Shown here piece after piece: positions 9,623-17,383 of a DNA stretch of 64,000 nt (position 1 is its first letter; every line of letters begins with the position of its first letter). The stretch lies in NCBI GenBank assembly GCA_963775295.1, contig CAVZIK010000006.1:762218-826217 (forward strand), written 5' to 3'. A model generated the notes under the pieces. That model was not told where the DNA came from, made no database searches, and saw nothing but the letters and a program-made list of their open reading frames with translations. The position numbers and the translations under genes are program-made. Origin of the DNA: an uncultured Actinomycetes bacterium. GTDB lineage: Bacteria > Actinomycetota > Thermoleophilia > RBG-16-64-13.

Positions 9623-9901
9623 TTAGAGGCAGAGCCAGCGATCAAACTCAGCGTTGAGTCGGCTACGGAGGGCTTGGCAACGCTTCTCGTAGTGAGCCGG
9701 CTCTGTGAGCAATTCGTTGTGCCCAACAAACGTGTCAATCTTCTGACGAATGTGTTCGATATCACCGGGTTGCATGTCGCGCGCATCGTATGCTCCCAGC
9801 GTTGTCTGGAGCCAGGGCTCCCAAGTGTCCTCTACGCTGTCGAGCCTTTCCTTGGTTCCCCAGTCGCTGCTATCTTCCATACGATCGCGAACCTCCCTCA
9901 T
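9623..9901 (-). CDS. hypothetical small protein (92 aa)
   Basis: ORF track; acidic and helical composition. Confidence 0.35.
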   Translation of the reverse strand: MREVRDRMEDSSDWGTKERLDSVEDTWEPWLQTTLGAYDARDMQPGDIEHIRQKIDTFVGHNELLTEPAHYEKRCQALRSRLNAEFDRWLCL

Positions 9902-9909
9902 AGCGGTCC

Positions 9910-11298
9910 CTAGTAGGAATAGCTGAGCAGAATCTCGCCCTCTGGATCAAGCACCTTCACGGTGTCGCCGTTGTTGTTCCAGATCGCCGCTCCGGTGGCT
10001 CCCCAGTAGAGGTCGGTCTGGGTGTTCGTCCCCTCGCCCGTGTGCAGCTTGAAGACCTGCCCCTTCTGGAAGATGCGGTCGGGAAAGTCGTAGCGATGAC
10101 CAGTAGCGTCTTCGATGGCGTAGCCAACCAAGCTGCCCGAAACCAGCGCCCTGAACGTGACGTACTCTTCGTTCAGGTTGAAGTTGTCGTTGCCGGGGGC
10201 GTCGTAGTTGACCGAGACGATCTCAAGCGGGCATGTCCCGGTGGCTCCCCACATCCCGGCACTTTGCTGCTCGGCTAGGGCCTGGTCGTTCTGGAAGCTC
10301 TCCGTGTACTTGATGTTCGGGGGCACCGTGTAGAGGGTGGCAAGACCGACAAGAAGCATCGTTTCGTTAGCCATCTCCCAGACATCACCGTCCGTGAACC
10401 AAACGTAGGCCAGGGTGCGGCCATACTGATCGGTGTGGGTCACGCCATACTCCAGCCGTACCGTCTTGCCCCCGACGAGGCCCGTCAACTCGGCGGTGGC
10501 TTCTGCGGCGAACGGCTCACCCGTCTCCGGTGTATCTATCCCGATGAGGCGCACGGTGGTGTCAGCCCCCGCTACATCCACGTGGATGGTGTCACCATCG
10601 ACCACCCGGGTAACCGCGCCCGTGACGAGGGGCACTAGATAGTCGGTCAGGTTCCAGAGTATCTGGGCGCACTCTCCCCGAGTGGCGTATTGGGTGGCAT
10701 CCCAGTAGGCAAGCGGCCCCTGTAGTCCCTCAAGCAGACTGTTGAACTCGGCCTTGCGGATGTTCTCGCCATGGGTGGGGTCGGCATATGAAAAGAGGCC
10801 GACGAATCCCTCGGGTGGGTCCTCCAGTCTTGACCCTGCGGCCCGCACCGCCATGGTGATGACCTGTTGACGTGTGATCTTGTTGGCCGGGCGAAACGTG
10901 CCATCAGGATACCCGGTCGTAAGACCCCTTGAAGCGGCAAGCGCCACGTAGTGGAAGGGGTAGAGGTCGCCGGGGATATGTTCCACGTCGGCAAAAGAGC
11001 AGGTGTCATATTCGGTTGGGGTCAAGCCCATGACCAGCACCAACATCTTGGCGAACTGCTGGCGAAGGACCGGACTATCGGGCTTGAAGCTGCCGTCAAG
11101 GTAGCCGTCGATGACACCCCGCGAGGACAGGTCGCTGATGGCTGTGACATAGGGGTTGGCCCCGCCCACGTCGGTGAAGGCCAATGCCGCGCCCAGGGGC
11201 AAGAGCACGAACAGCGCCGCGCAGGCAACGCCGAGGGTTAGGCGGCGTTTGAAGGTTCCCACGATTGTTACCAGTGGGGCGGGTTGCAGACGCTGCAC
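9910..11298 (-). CDS. secreted SLH-domain protein fused to thermonuclease (SNase) and a lamin-tail domain (LTD)
   Basis: Signal peptide; two SLH repeats (FTDVGGANPYVTAISDL…, FADVEHIPGDLYPFHYVALAAS…); SNase motif VTRVVDGDTIHV…RLIGIDTPE; C-terminal LTD-like CPLEIVSVNYDAPGNDNFNLNEEYVTF. Confidence 0.85.
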   Translation of the reverse strand: MQRLQPAPLVTIVGTFKRRLTLGVACAALFVLLPLGAALAFTDVGGANPYVTAISDLSSRGVIDGYLDGSFKPDSPVLRQQFAKMLVLVMGLTPTEYDTCSFADVEHIPGDLYPFHYVALAASRGLTTGYPDGTFRPANKITRQQVITMAVRAAGSRLEDPPEGFVGLFSYADPTHGENIRKAEFNSLLEGLQGPLAYWDATQYATRGECAQILWNLTDYLVPLVTGAVTRVVDGDTIHVDVAGADTTVRLIGIDTPETGEPFAAEATAELTGLVGGKTVRLEYGVTHTDQYGRTLAYVWFTDGDVWEMANETMLLVGLATLYTVPPNIKYTESFQNDQALAEQQSAGMWGATGTCPLEIVSVNYDAPGNDNFNLNEEYVTFRALVSGSLVGYAIEDATGHRYDFPDRIFQKGQVFKLHTGEGTNTQTDLYWGATGAAIWNNNGDTVKVLDPEGEILLSYSY

Positions 11299-12122
11299 GG
11301 CTCCAAGCCCATGGCCTTAGCCTCGGCCAGAGTCACGGGGATTTTGCTGCTGGATAGGTAGCGGCACCCATCACGGTGGTACTTCGTGCCCGATGCAGTT
11401 CTGAAAAGCGCGACGCCGTAGGCAGTGGTTGTTGTTGTGCTGGGTCGGGTGGTTGTCGTTGTCACATGGGCCGTGGTGGATGTTGTGGAGGGTGCGCCCC
11501 CACCTTTGATGATCAGCAGGTTGTAGAGGATTTGGGCGCATTCGCCCCGTGTCGCGTTCTGAGTGGCGTCCGAGAACTGAACCCCGGCAAGTAGTCCGTT
11601 GTACTCAGCCTTGCGGATGTTGGGGCCGTGCGTGGCATCAGTGTAGGAGAACGCACCCGCCCAGCCCTCGGGCGGCGTCTCTAGGTCTGCTCCACCTGCC
11701 CTTACCGCCATGGTTATAACTTGCTGCCGGGTGATGGGGTTGGCCGGGCCGAACGTGCCGTCCTTGTATCCTGTGGTCAGCCCGGTGGAAGCGGCCACAG
11801 CCACGTAGTGGAAGGGGTATAAGTCGCCCGCCTTGTGCTCCACATCGGGGAAGGAGCACATGTCACTCTCGGTTGGTGTTATGCCCACGGTCAGCACTAT
11901 CATCTTGGCGAACTGCTGGCGCTTGACCAGATCGGCAGGGCCGAAGTTGCCGTTCCCGTAGCCGCCGATGATGCCACGGTTGGCTAAGTCCTCTATGGCG
12001 GTCACGTAGGGATGGTCTGCGGGAACGTCGGAGAAGAGACCGGAAGCCAATGCCGGGACGACTACGAGCAACATCGCGGCCAAGCCAATCAGGAGTCCTA
12101 CGAGCCAACGCCTCAAACCCAT
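11268..12122 (-). CDS. SLH-domain cell-wall protein, paralog of the N-terminal half of 9910-11298, with poly-Thr linker and C-terminal Cys motif (GTKYHRDGCRYL…PCSVCNP)
   Basis: Signal peptide plus SLH repeats about 70% identical to the neighbouring gene; overlaps the next gene by 31 nt. Confidence 0.8.
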   Translation of the reverse strand: MGLRRWLVGLLIGLAAMLLVVVPALASGLFSDVPADHPYVTAIEDLANRGIIGGYGNGNFGPADLVKRQQFAKMIVLTVGITPTESDMCSFPDVEHKAGDLYPFHYVAVAASTGLTTGYKDGTFGPANPITRQQVITMAVRAGGADLETPPEGWAGAFSYTDATHGPNIRKAEYNGLLAGVQFSDATQNATRGECAQILYNLLIIKGGGAPSTTSTTAHVTTTTTRPSTTTTTAYGVALFRTASGTKYHRDGCRYLSSSKIPVTLAEAKAMGLEPCSVCNPPHW

Positions 12123-12315
12123 CTTGCACCCCTCACTCTATCCCCGACACCGGTCCTAACACTGATCGTACTCCTCGGGTTTGTTGGTCGCTACTCTCGC
12201 GCCAAGGCGCACCCGTTTGGGACAAAGAGGTGAGGATGGGTTTTCACGTCAGCCCGGCGGACGAAGGATCGAGACCGGATGTCATTGGCGCGCCTGATCA
12301 CCCCCTCGCTTCGAC

Positions 12316-12364
12316 TTGCACCTCCAGGCGCACCGCAACCGAATGACACGTCACGATACAGGGT
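12316..12364 (+). promoter_or_regulatory. copy A of a recurring ~55-nt motif (…GCACCgcaACCGAATGACACGTCACGATACAGGGT), directly abutting the tandem repeat
   Basis: Aligns with copies at 14476, 16455, 16705 and 49071. Confidence 0.4.
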
Positions 12365-12675
12365 GATTGGCCGCAACTTTGCCTCGATTGTGCCTAGGTC
12401 AAACTCGGAATTCAACTCAGTCTCGCCTAGGGTTCCCCCTAGGTTCAAAGCCGAATTGAACTCATGTTCGCCTAGGATTGGCCGCAACTTTGCCTCGATT
12501 GTGCCTAGGTTAAACTCGGAATTCAACTCAGTCTCGCCTAGGATTCCCCCTAGGTTCAAAGCCGAATTGAACTCATGTTCGCCTAGGATTGGCCGCAACT
12601 TTGCCTCGATTGTGCCTAGGTCAAAAGCCGAAATCAATTCAAACGAGCCTAGGCTTGACCAACGACTCTAGGCTG
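12365..12675 (+). repeat. tandem repeat, 111-bp unit x about 2.8, each unit built of ~38-bp sub-repeats bounded by CCTAGG palindromes
   Basis: Units start at 12365, 12476 and 12587 (GATTGGCCGCAACTTTGCCTCGATTGTGCCTAGG…) and are nearly identical; there are 12 CCTAGG sites in about 310 bp; the third unit degenerates after 12625. Confidence 0.85.
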
Positions 12676-12709
12676 GTTATCAGGCCAATTGCTCAGGGAC
12701 AGACTCGCA

Positions 12710-14350
12710 CTACGAAACAGAAGCAGCAGTCGTGTCCGTTCCCGGATGCCAGCGTGCGCTCCACGTGCGGCCAGCAACGTGGATAGAACCCTCACGCTTG
12801 AGTTCAGCCAGTAGGCTCTGGATTTGACCACGGGAGAGCGAAGGCAGGACCTCTTGGAGCTCGCCAAGACTCGCGCCCCGTCGCTTGTTGTCGGTTATGT
12901 GCTTTAGCAGCAGAGCCTTGTTGGTTTCTCTGTCCAAGCCACGTCGGCGCGTATACGTCCCGCCGCGACCGAGGAACTGATGAAACTTCCGTCCCAGAAT
13001 GTACTTCGTTCCCTTACCGCGCCCAATTCGCTCGATGATTCCTAGATTGCATAGTCGAGGCAACCGATCTTGAAACTCGAGCGGGACCGGCTTCTCCTGG
13101 TAGACAAGAGACAGGACCAGAAGATCAATGGTACTGAAAGTGGACAGGGTCTGGGTCCCGACCTCCTCCAGGAAACGTAGAAAGCGGGCATCTTGGACCT
13201 CTCCGCTTATGGTCAGAAAGACCTGAAAGTCATCAGTACCGGAATAGTCCGGCAAAGGCTTGCTTTCCCTGAGGCTCTCCTCGTACATTCGATTAGCGCC
13301 TTGCCCGGATCGTTCCACTAGGCCGCACTTGGCCAGAACCTCTGCAATGCGCCGGTTCCGTGGTGACTGTTTCCACAGTATGTTCTTTGCATTGACTCCG
13401 GGAGGGAACCCGCCCGGGCTAACAACTTCGAGCTTGTTCGGCGACTGGCGAATGAAGATCGAATCCGGCAGCCGGTAGTCTCTGTGGCACACGGCGTTCA
13501 GAATGCCTTCTCGGACGACGCTCTCGTTGAATGTCGGGATTTCCCGCATGAAGAGACCTTCTTGGTACTGGTGGACCTCATTCCGCAGATTGACGGTCTC
13601 CCATAGATCTGACTGAAATGTAAAGAAACCCTGTCGGTATTCCTTACGCTGTTGATACGCCAAGGACTCTTCCCTGGAGCGATACTCAAAGACGATTTCC
13701 GCTTGTGCGAGGTGCCTGCCCAACGCCTGCTCGGTTCCTAGCAGAACCAACGCCGCGTAGGTCACCTTCCCGTTCACGAGCAAATCAAGGTCGCTGAGAA
13801 TCTGTTCATCGCTCAAGCCGGCGATACTATCGCTACCCGACTTGCGTCGCCAAGCCTCGCGCAGAAGCGAGATTGCCTCCAGGTCAAGGTCGGCTAGCGT
13901 GGCCGCGGGAGCAACTTGCGCGGAAAAGTCCGGCTGCGCCTCGTCAAGTATCCTCTTGATTTGGTCGGGAGTCATAGGAACGAGGGAATCGCCCGCGCGC
14001 ATCCAGAATGTGCCGCGATAGCCGATGGGGACGCCTACAGGGCGGCCTTGGACTGTGATTACGAGAACAGGACCCTGTGGGTGAACTACCCTTTCCACCT
14101 CCACCTTCAGGTGAAGGCGTTCCGTGATGCCGGCCGCTGTTCTCGCTGGCTCTTCGAACGCTGTCGTTCCGACCACCTGGCGGGGCTTGGTGTCGGTGAC
14201 TCCTAGGACTAGCTTGCCCCCGCCCTCGTTTGCCAGAGCGACGCAGTAATGAACGAGCTTCTCAAAGTCGAAATGGTTCCTCGCCTCTTTGAAATCGAGA
14301 TGCTCATCCTCGTTGTCGTCGAGAAGCCTTTCTAACTCCTGCAGTTCCAA
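12710..14350 (-). CDS. COG2865-type protein: AlbA_2 (Schlafen-like 'divergent AAA') DNA-binding domain + HATPase_c_4 + C-terminal wHTH
   Basis: N-terminus EDEHLDFKEARNHFDFEKLVHYCVALANEGGGKLVLGVTD (AlbA_2 signature); central NAVCHRDY (HATPase_c_4 signature). Confidence 0.8.
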   Translation of the reverse strand: MELQELERLLDDNEDEHLDFKEARNHFDFEKLVHYCVALANEGGGKLVLGVTDTKPRQVVGTTAFEEPARTAAGITERLHLKVEVERVVHPQGPVLVITVQGRPVGVPIGYRGTFWMRAGDSLVPMTPDQIKRILDEAQPDFSAQVAPAATLADLDLEAISLLREAWRRKSGSDSIAGLSDEQILSDLDLLVNGKVTYAALVLLGTEQALGRHLAQAEIVFEYRSREESLAYQQRKEYRQGFFTFQSDLWETVNLRNEVHQYQEGLFMREIPTFNESVVREGILNAVCHRDYRLPDSIFIRQSPNKLEVVSPGGFPPGVNAKNILWKQSPRNRRIAEVLAKCGLVERSGQGANRMYEESLRESKPLPDYSGTDDFQVFLTISGEVQDARFLRFLEEVGTQTLSTFSTIDLLVLSLVYQEKPVPLEFQDRLPRLCNLGIIERIGRGKGTKYILGRKFHQFLGRGGTYTRRRGLDRETNKALLLKHITDNKRRGASLGELQEVLPSLSRGQIQSLLAELKREGSIHVAGRTWSARWHPGTDTTAASVS

Positions 14351-14475
14351 CGGCGCCTCCGGGGTGACATCGCGAGTATCTAGCCGAGTCTACTACTCCG
14401 GTCTGCCCAATCAAACACGGAGCCGGAGCCCTCCGATGTGCCATACCTGCTCTGGGCCTGCGTCGACCCTTATCC

Positions 14476-14540
14476 TTGCACCCCTACCCGCACCCCTACC
14501 CAAATGACACGTCACGATACAGGGTAGACAAAATTGATGG
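14476..14540 (+). promoter_or_regulatory. copy B of the recurring ~55-nt motif (TTGCACCCCTACCCGCACCCCTACCCAAATGACACGTCACGATACAGGGTAGACAAAATTGATGG)
   Basis: Contains the internal direct repeat GCACCCCTACC twice; sits about 15 nt upstream of the putative ECF promoter. Confidence 0.45.
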
Positions 14541-14550
14541 GGACAGTAAA

Positions 14551-14576
14551 GGTAACAGCTGCCGCCATACGTCTAG
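14551..14576 (+). promoter_or_regulatory. putative ECF-type promoter GGTAAC-N13-CGTCTA, 40 nt upstream of the sigma gene start
   Basis: Same architecture, GGTAAT-N13-CGTCTG, at 16780-16804 before the paralogous sigma gene. Confidence 0.4.
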
Positions 14577-14616
14577 GATATAGAAGGGCAACCTCGGGGA
14601 AGGGGCAACAAGAAAG

Positions 14617-15156
14617 TTGACGAGAGCTGAGAGTTTGCCAGAACCCAGACGAGTAGCAGATATCAGTCGGGCTCAGAGCGGGAGCTTCGAAGCCTTTGTG
14701 AAACAGCACTCAACTCCTCTCGTTCAGACCCTGACGTTCGTTGCCCTTGATCGCCAACTGGCAGAGGACGCGGCTCAGGAGGCGTTCGTCCGGCTGTACT
14801 TGCGCTGGGACCAGGTCGAGAAGTTGCGGGACCCGGTGGCCTGGCTCTACCAGGTTGGGATCAACCAATGTAAGGACTACAGGCGCAAGCTTGGTCGGAT
14901 AGCCCGTCTCGTGGAACGTCTCGGTGCTGAAGCTCGCGAGCCCTCTGACGGCGAAACCTGGCTTCCTCAGCGTGAGTTCGTCGATGTTCTCAAGGCGCTT
15001 CCTCGTCGTCAGCGGACCGCGGTCGCCCTCTTCTACCTAGGCGACCTATCGGCGGTCGATGTTGCGTCGGTCATGCGCATTACTGAAGGGGCGGTGCACA
15101 GTCATCTTCACAAAGCCAGAGAGGCTCTGAAGGATGTGCTGGAGGTGAAGATATGA
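14617..15156 (+). CDS. ECF (extracytoplasmic function) sigma-70 family factor, copy 1
   Basis: TTG start; region 2 (…EDAAQEAFVRLYLRWDQV…WLYQVGINQCKDYRRK) and region 4 (…RTAVALFYLGDLSAVDVASVMRITEGAVHSHLHKAREAL). Confidence 0.9.
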   Translation: MTRAESLPEPRRVADISRAQSGSFEAFVKQHSTPLVQTLTFVALDRQLAEDAAQEAFVRLYLRWDQVEKLRDPVAWLYQVGINQCKDYRRKLGRIARLVERLGAEAREPSDGETWLPQREFVDVLKALPRRQRTAVALFYLGDLSAVDVASVMRITEGAVHSHLHKAREALKDVLEVKI

Positions 15157-16412
15157 GACCGGAAGAAAGAGACCAAGAGATACGCGAACTCTGTCGGAAG
15201 AACGCCCCCCATGTCGACCCGGCTGCCTTCTCCCGCAAGGTGAAGGCACGGACAGATCCAAGAAGAAGAGCGCGACGGAGAATGGGGCGAAAGGTTGGCG
15301 TCGCATTTGGGGTGGTGCTCCTGCTGGCCGGTGTCGGGATCGGCTCTCTGGAACTCGTCAACCATCTGACGCACGGGCAACGAGTAACCCTGATTCTGAA
15401 CGACGATTCCCCAAACGGAACAACAACGACTTCCCACCAACCAGTTCCGGGTGGGTTCTCCAGAGACAATACCTTCGGGTTCGACGTGCGCCAGCCCTTC
15501 ATCGATCATGACGCGACGCAGGCGCTTGGCGACCCCGCCTACAAGATCGTCACCACCTGGGTCGCCATCGGGAACCGCCAGAGTGTCCCGCTATCCTTCA
15601 AGCTCAGCGACCTGACCCTCATCGATGCCTATGACCAACTCGCCTACCGGGGCGTGCGGCCGGAGCAGTACAACTACACCGAGACCGTCACTCCCATCTG
15701 GACCCCCGCGCTCAAAGAGGGGACCATAGCTCCCGGCGCTATTGAAGGCGGGTACGTGTCCTGGAAGGTGCCTTGGTATGTCTGGCCGCAGGAAGTGTTC
15801 TACGCGTTCAAGGGCAAGGGTGGTGGAGGCGGTGGCCAGGGGTGGATGACGCCCATCTTCCCCGACCTCAACGCGGGCAATCGCTTCTATCTCTCAATCG
15901 GGAAGCTCCTGTATCGGGGTGTGGTCGATGTGCCCAAGGATGAGGACTTCAGGCCAGAAGCGGCGATCACCGTCGCCGACTTTGCCAAGATGGTTGTCAT
16001 TGCCGCGGCCCCGTATAACAGAGCCACATTCTCCTCTCCCGCCGGTTATATCGAGGAGGCGGCAAGGACAGGCTTTGCCACCTGGGGGTCAAAGACTGCC
16101 TCGTCCACACTGACACGACTGGAGGTCGCGCTGGCGGTAGCCGTACTGGCCAAAGAAACGTTGACTGCTCCTCCGGCAGGCTACAAGTTTCCGCTCACCG
16201 ATGTCCCGCAGAGCGCCGAGAGTGACCTTGCCTTGCTCACCTACAATGGCGTCGTCGCCGGGACCACCGCGATCAGCTTCAGTCCGGCGGACGCATGCTC
16301 ACGCGGTCAGGCCTGCAGGATGTTGGCCTTGGTACTCGATCCCAGATTCCGCGAGGAGGAGTCAAGGGCAACGACCTCTCTGCCGTCCGAGGCGACGACT
16401 ACCACTCGCTAG
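15153..16412 (+). CDS. anti-sigma factor, single TM, extracytoplasmic domain with poly-Gly stretch
   Basis: ATGA overlap with the sigma stop; N-terminus EERDQEIRELCRKNAPHVDPAAFSRKV then a TM helix VAFGVVLLLAGVGIGSL. Confidence 0.7.
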   Translation: MRPEERDQEIRELCRKNAPHVDPAAFSRKVKARTDPRRRARRRMGRKVGVAFGVVLLLAGVGIGSLELVNHLTHGQRVTLILNDDSPNGTTTTSHQPVPGGFSRDNTFGFDVRQPFIDHDATQALGDPAYKIVTTWVAIGNRQSVPLSFKLSDLTLIDAYDQLAYRGVRPEQYNYTETVTPIWTPALKEGTIAPGAIEGGYVSWKVPWYVWPQEVFYAFKGKGGGGGGQGWMTPIFPDLNAGNRFYLSIGKLLYRGVVDVPKDEDFRPEAAITVADFAKMVVIAAAPYNRATFSSPAGYIEEAARTGFATWGSKTASSTLTRLEVALAVAVLAKETLTAPPAGYKFPLTDVPQSAESDLALLTYNGVVAGTTAISFSPADACSRGQACRMLALVLDPRFREEESRATTSLPSEATTTTR

Positions 16413-16454
16413 GCGTTCGCAAGTCCCCGCCCTTGCCGAACTGCGACTCCAGTC

Positions 16455-16514
16455 GCACCCCTACGCGCACCCCTACCCAAATGACACCTGACGATACAGG
16501 GTGGACAGAATGGA
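16455..16514 (+). promoter_or_regulatory. copy C of the recurring ~55-nt motif
   Basis: GCACCCCTACGCGCACCCCTACCCAAATGACACCTGACGATACAGGGTGGACAGAATGGA. Confidence 0.4.
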
Positions 16515-16704
16515 CTGGCGGCTCAGGACTTTCAGAACGCAGTAGTACGCAGAAGTACCCCATGAACAGTCCGAGGGCGGTTTCCTAAACCTTGTGTCGC
16601 GCGTTCGATTCGCGCCGAGGGCACCTCGAAGATTCAGACTTATCCCTGCAAATGAGCCCTTTCCGGTTCCTCCGCTTGCGGCCTCAGACTGCCCAAAAGG
16701 CCGT

Positions 16705-16766
16705 TTGCACCCCTACGCGCACCCCTACCGGAATGATAAACGGTGATACACAATGGACAAAATGGA
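16705..16766 (+). promoter_or_regulatory. copy D of the recurring ~55-nt motif
   Basis: TTGCACCCCTACGCGCACCCCTACCGGAATGATAAACGGTGATACACAATGGACAAAATGGA; followed by CAGTAAAGGTAAT as in copy B. Confidence 0.45.
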
Positions 16767-16779
16767 CGACGGCAGTAAA

Positions 16780-16804
16780 GGTAATAGGCGTCGTCGCACG
16801 TCTG
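16780..16804 (+). promoter_or_regulatory. putative ECF-type promoter GGTAAT-N13-CGTCTG, 40 nt upstream of the sigma copy 2 start
   Basis: Parallel to 14551-14576. Confidence 0.4.
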
Positions 16805-16843
16805 AGAAGTAGGAAGGCGACGCAGGGAGGAGCAACGAGGGAC

Positions 16844-17383
16844 TTGACGATAGCCAAGGAGTCGCGAGACTCGACGCGGATAGCGGACAGCAATCGAGCG
16901 CAAAGTCTTAGTTTTGACGCCTTTGTCAGACGGTATTCGGTCCCCCTGATTCAGACACTCACCTTCGTTGCCCTGGACCGCCAACTAGCGGAAGATGCGG
17001 CGCAGGAGGCGTTCGTCCGACTGTACCTGCGTTGGGACCAGGTGGAGAAGCTGGAGGACCCAGTGGCCTGGGTCTATCGGGTCGGAATCAACCAATGCAA
17101 GGACTATCGGCGCAAGCTCACTCGGATAGCGCGGCTCGTCGAGCGTCTCGGCGCTGATGCTCACGAACCCTCTGACAGCGAGCCCTGGCTTCCTCGTCGT
17201 GAGTTCATCGATGCCCTCAAGATCCTTCCTCGCCGTCAGCGGACCGCGGTCGCCCTCTTCTACCTGGGCGACCTATCCGCGGCCGATGTGGCCTCGGTTA
17301 TGCTCATTACTGAAGGGGCGGTGCACAGTCACCTTCATAAGGCACGAGAGGTTCTGAAAGATGTGCTGGAGGTGAAGTCGTGA
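16844..17383 (+). CDS. ECF sigma factor, copy 2 (close paralog of 14617-15156)
   Basis: TTG start chosen by alignment with copy 1; the region 2 and region 4 blocks are nearly identical. The track ORF starts at 16592, but that stretch holds the regulatory motifs. Confidence 0.85.
   Translation: MTIAKESRDSTRIADSNRAQSLSFDAFVRRYSVPLIQTLTFVALDRQLAEDAAQEAFVRLYLRWDQVEKLEDPVAWVYRVGINQCKDYRRKLTRIARLVERLGADAHEPSDSEPWLPRREFIDALKILPRRQRTAVALFYLGDLSAADVASVMLITEGAVHSHLHKAREVLKDVLEVKS

Noticed and set aside
12191-12671. Two overlapping ORFs (148 aa on the minus strand and 130 aa on the plus strand) across the tandem repeat
   Set aside because: Their translations are just the repeat read in frame (…NSEFNSVSPR…IGRNFASIVPR… repeated). 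They have no start context and lie on both strands, so they are repeat artefacts.
12365-12675. CRISPR array interpretation of the CCTAGG-bounded repeats
   Set aside because: The 'spacers' between the short repeats are themselves repeated from unit to unit, so it is a higher-order tandem repeat. No cas genes are nearby.
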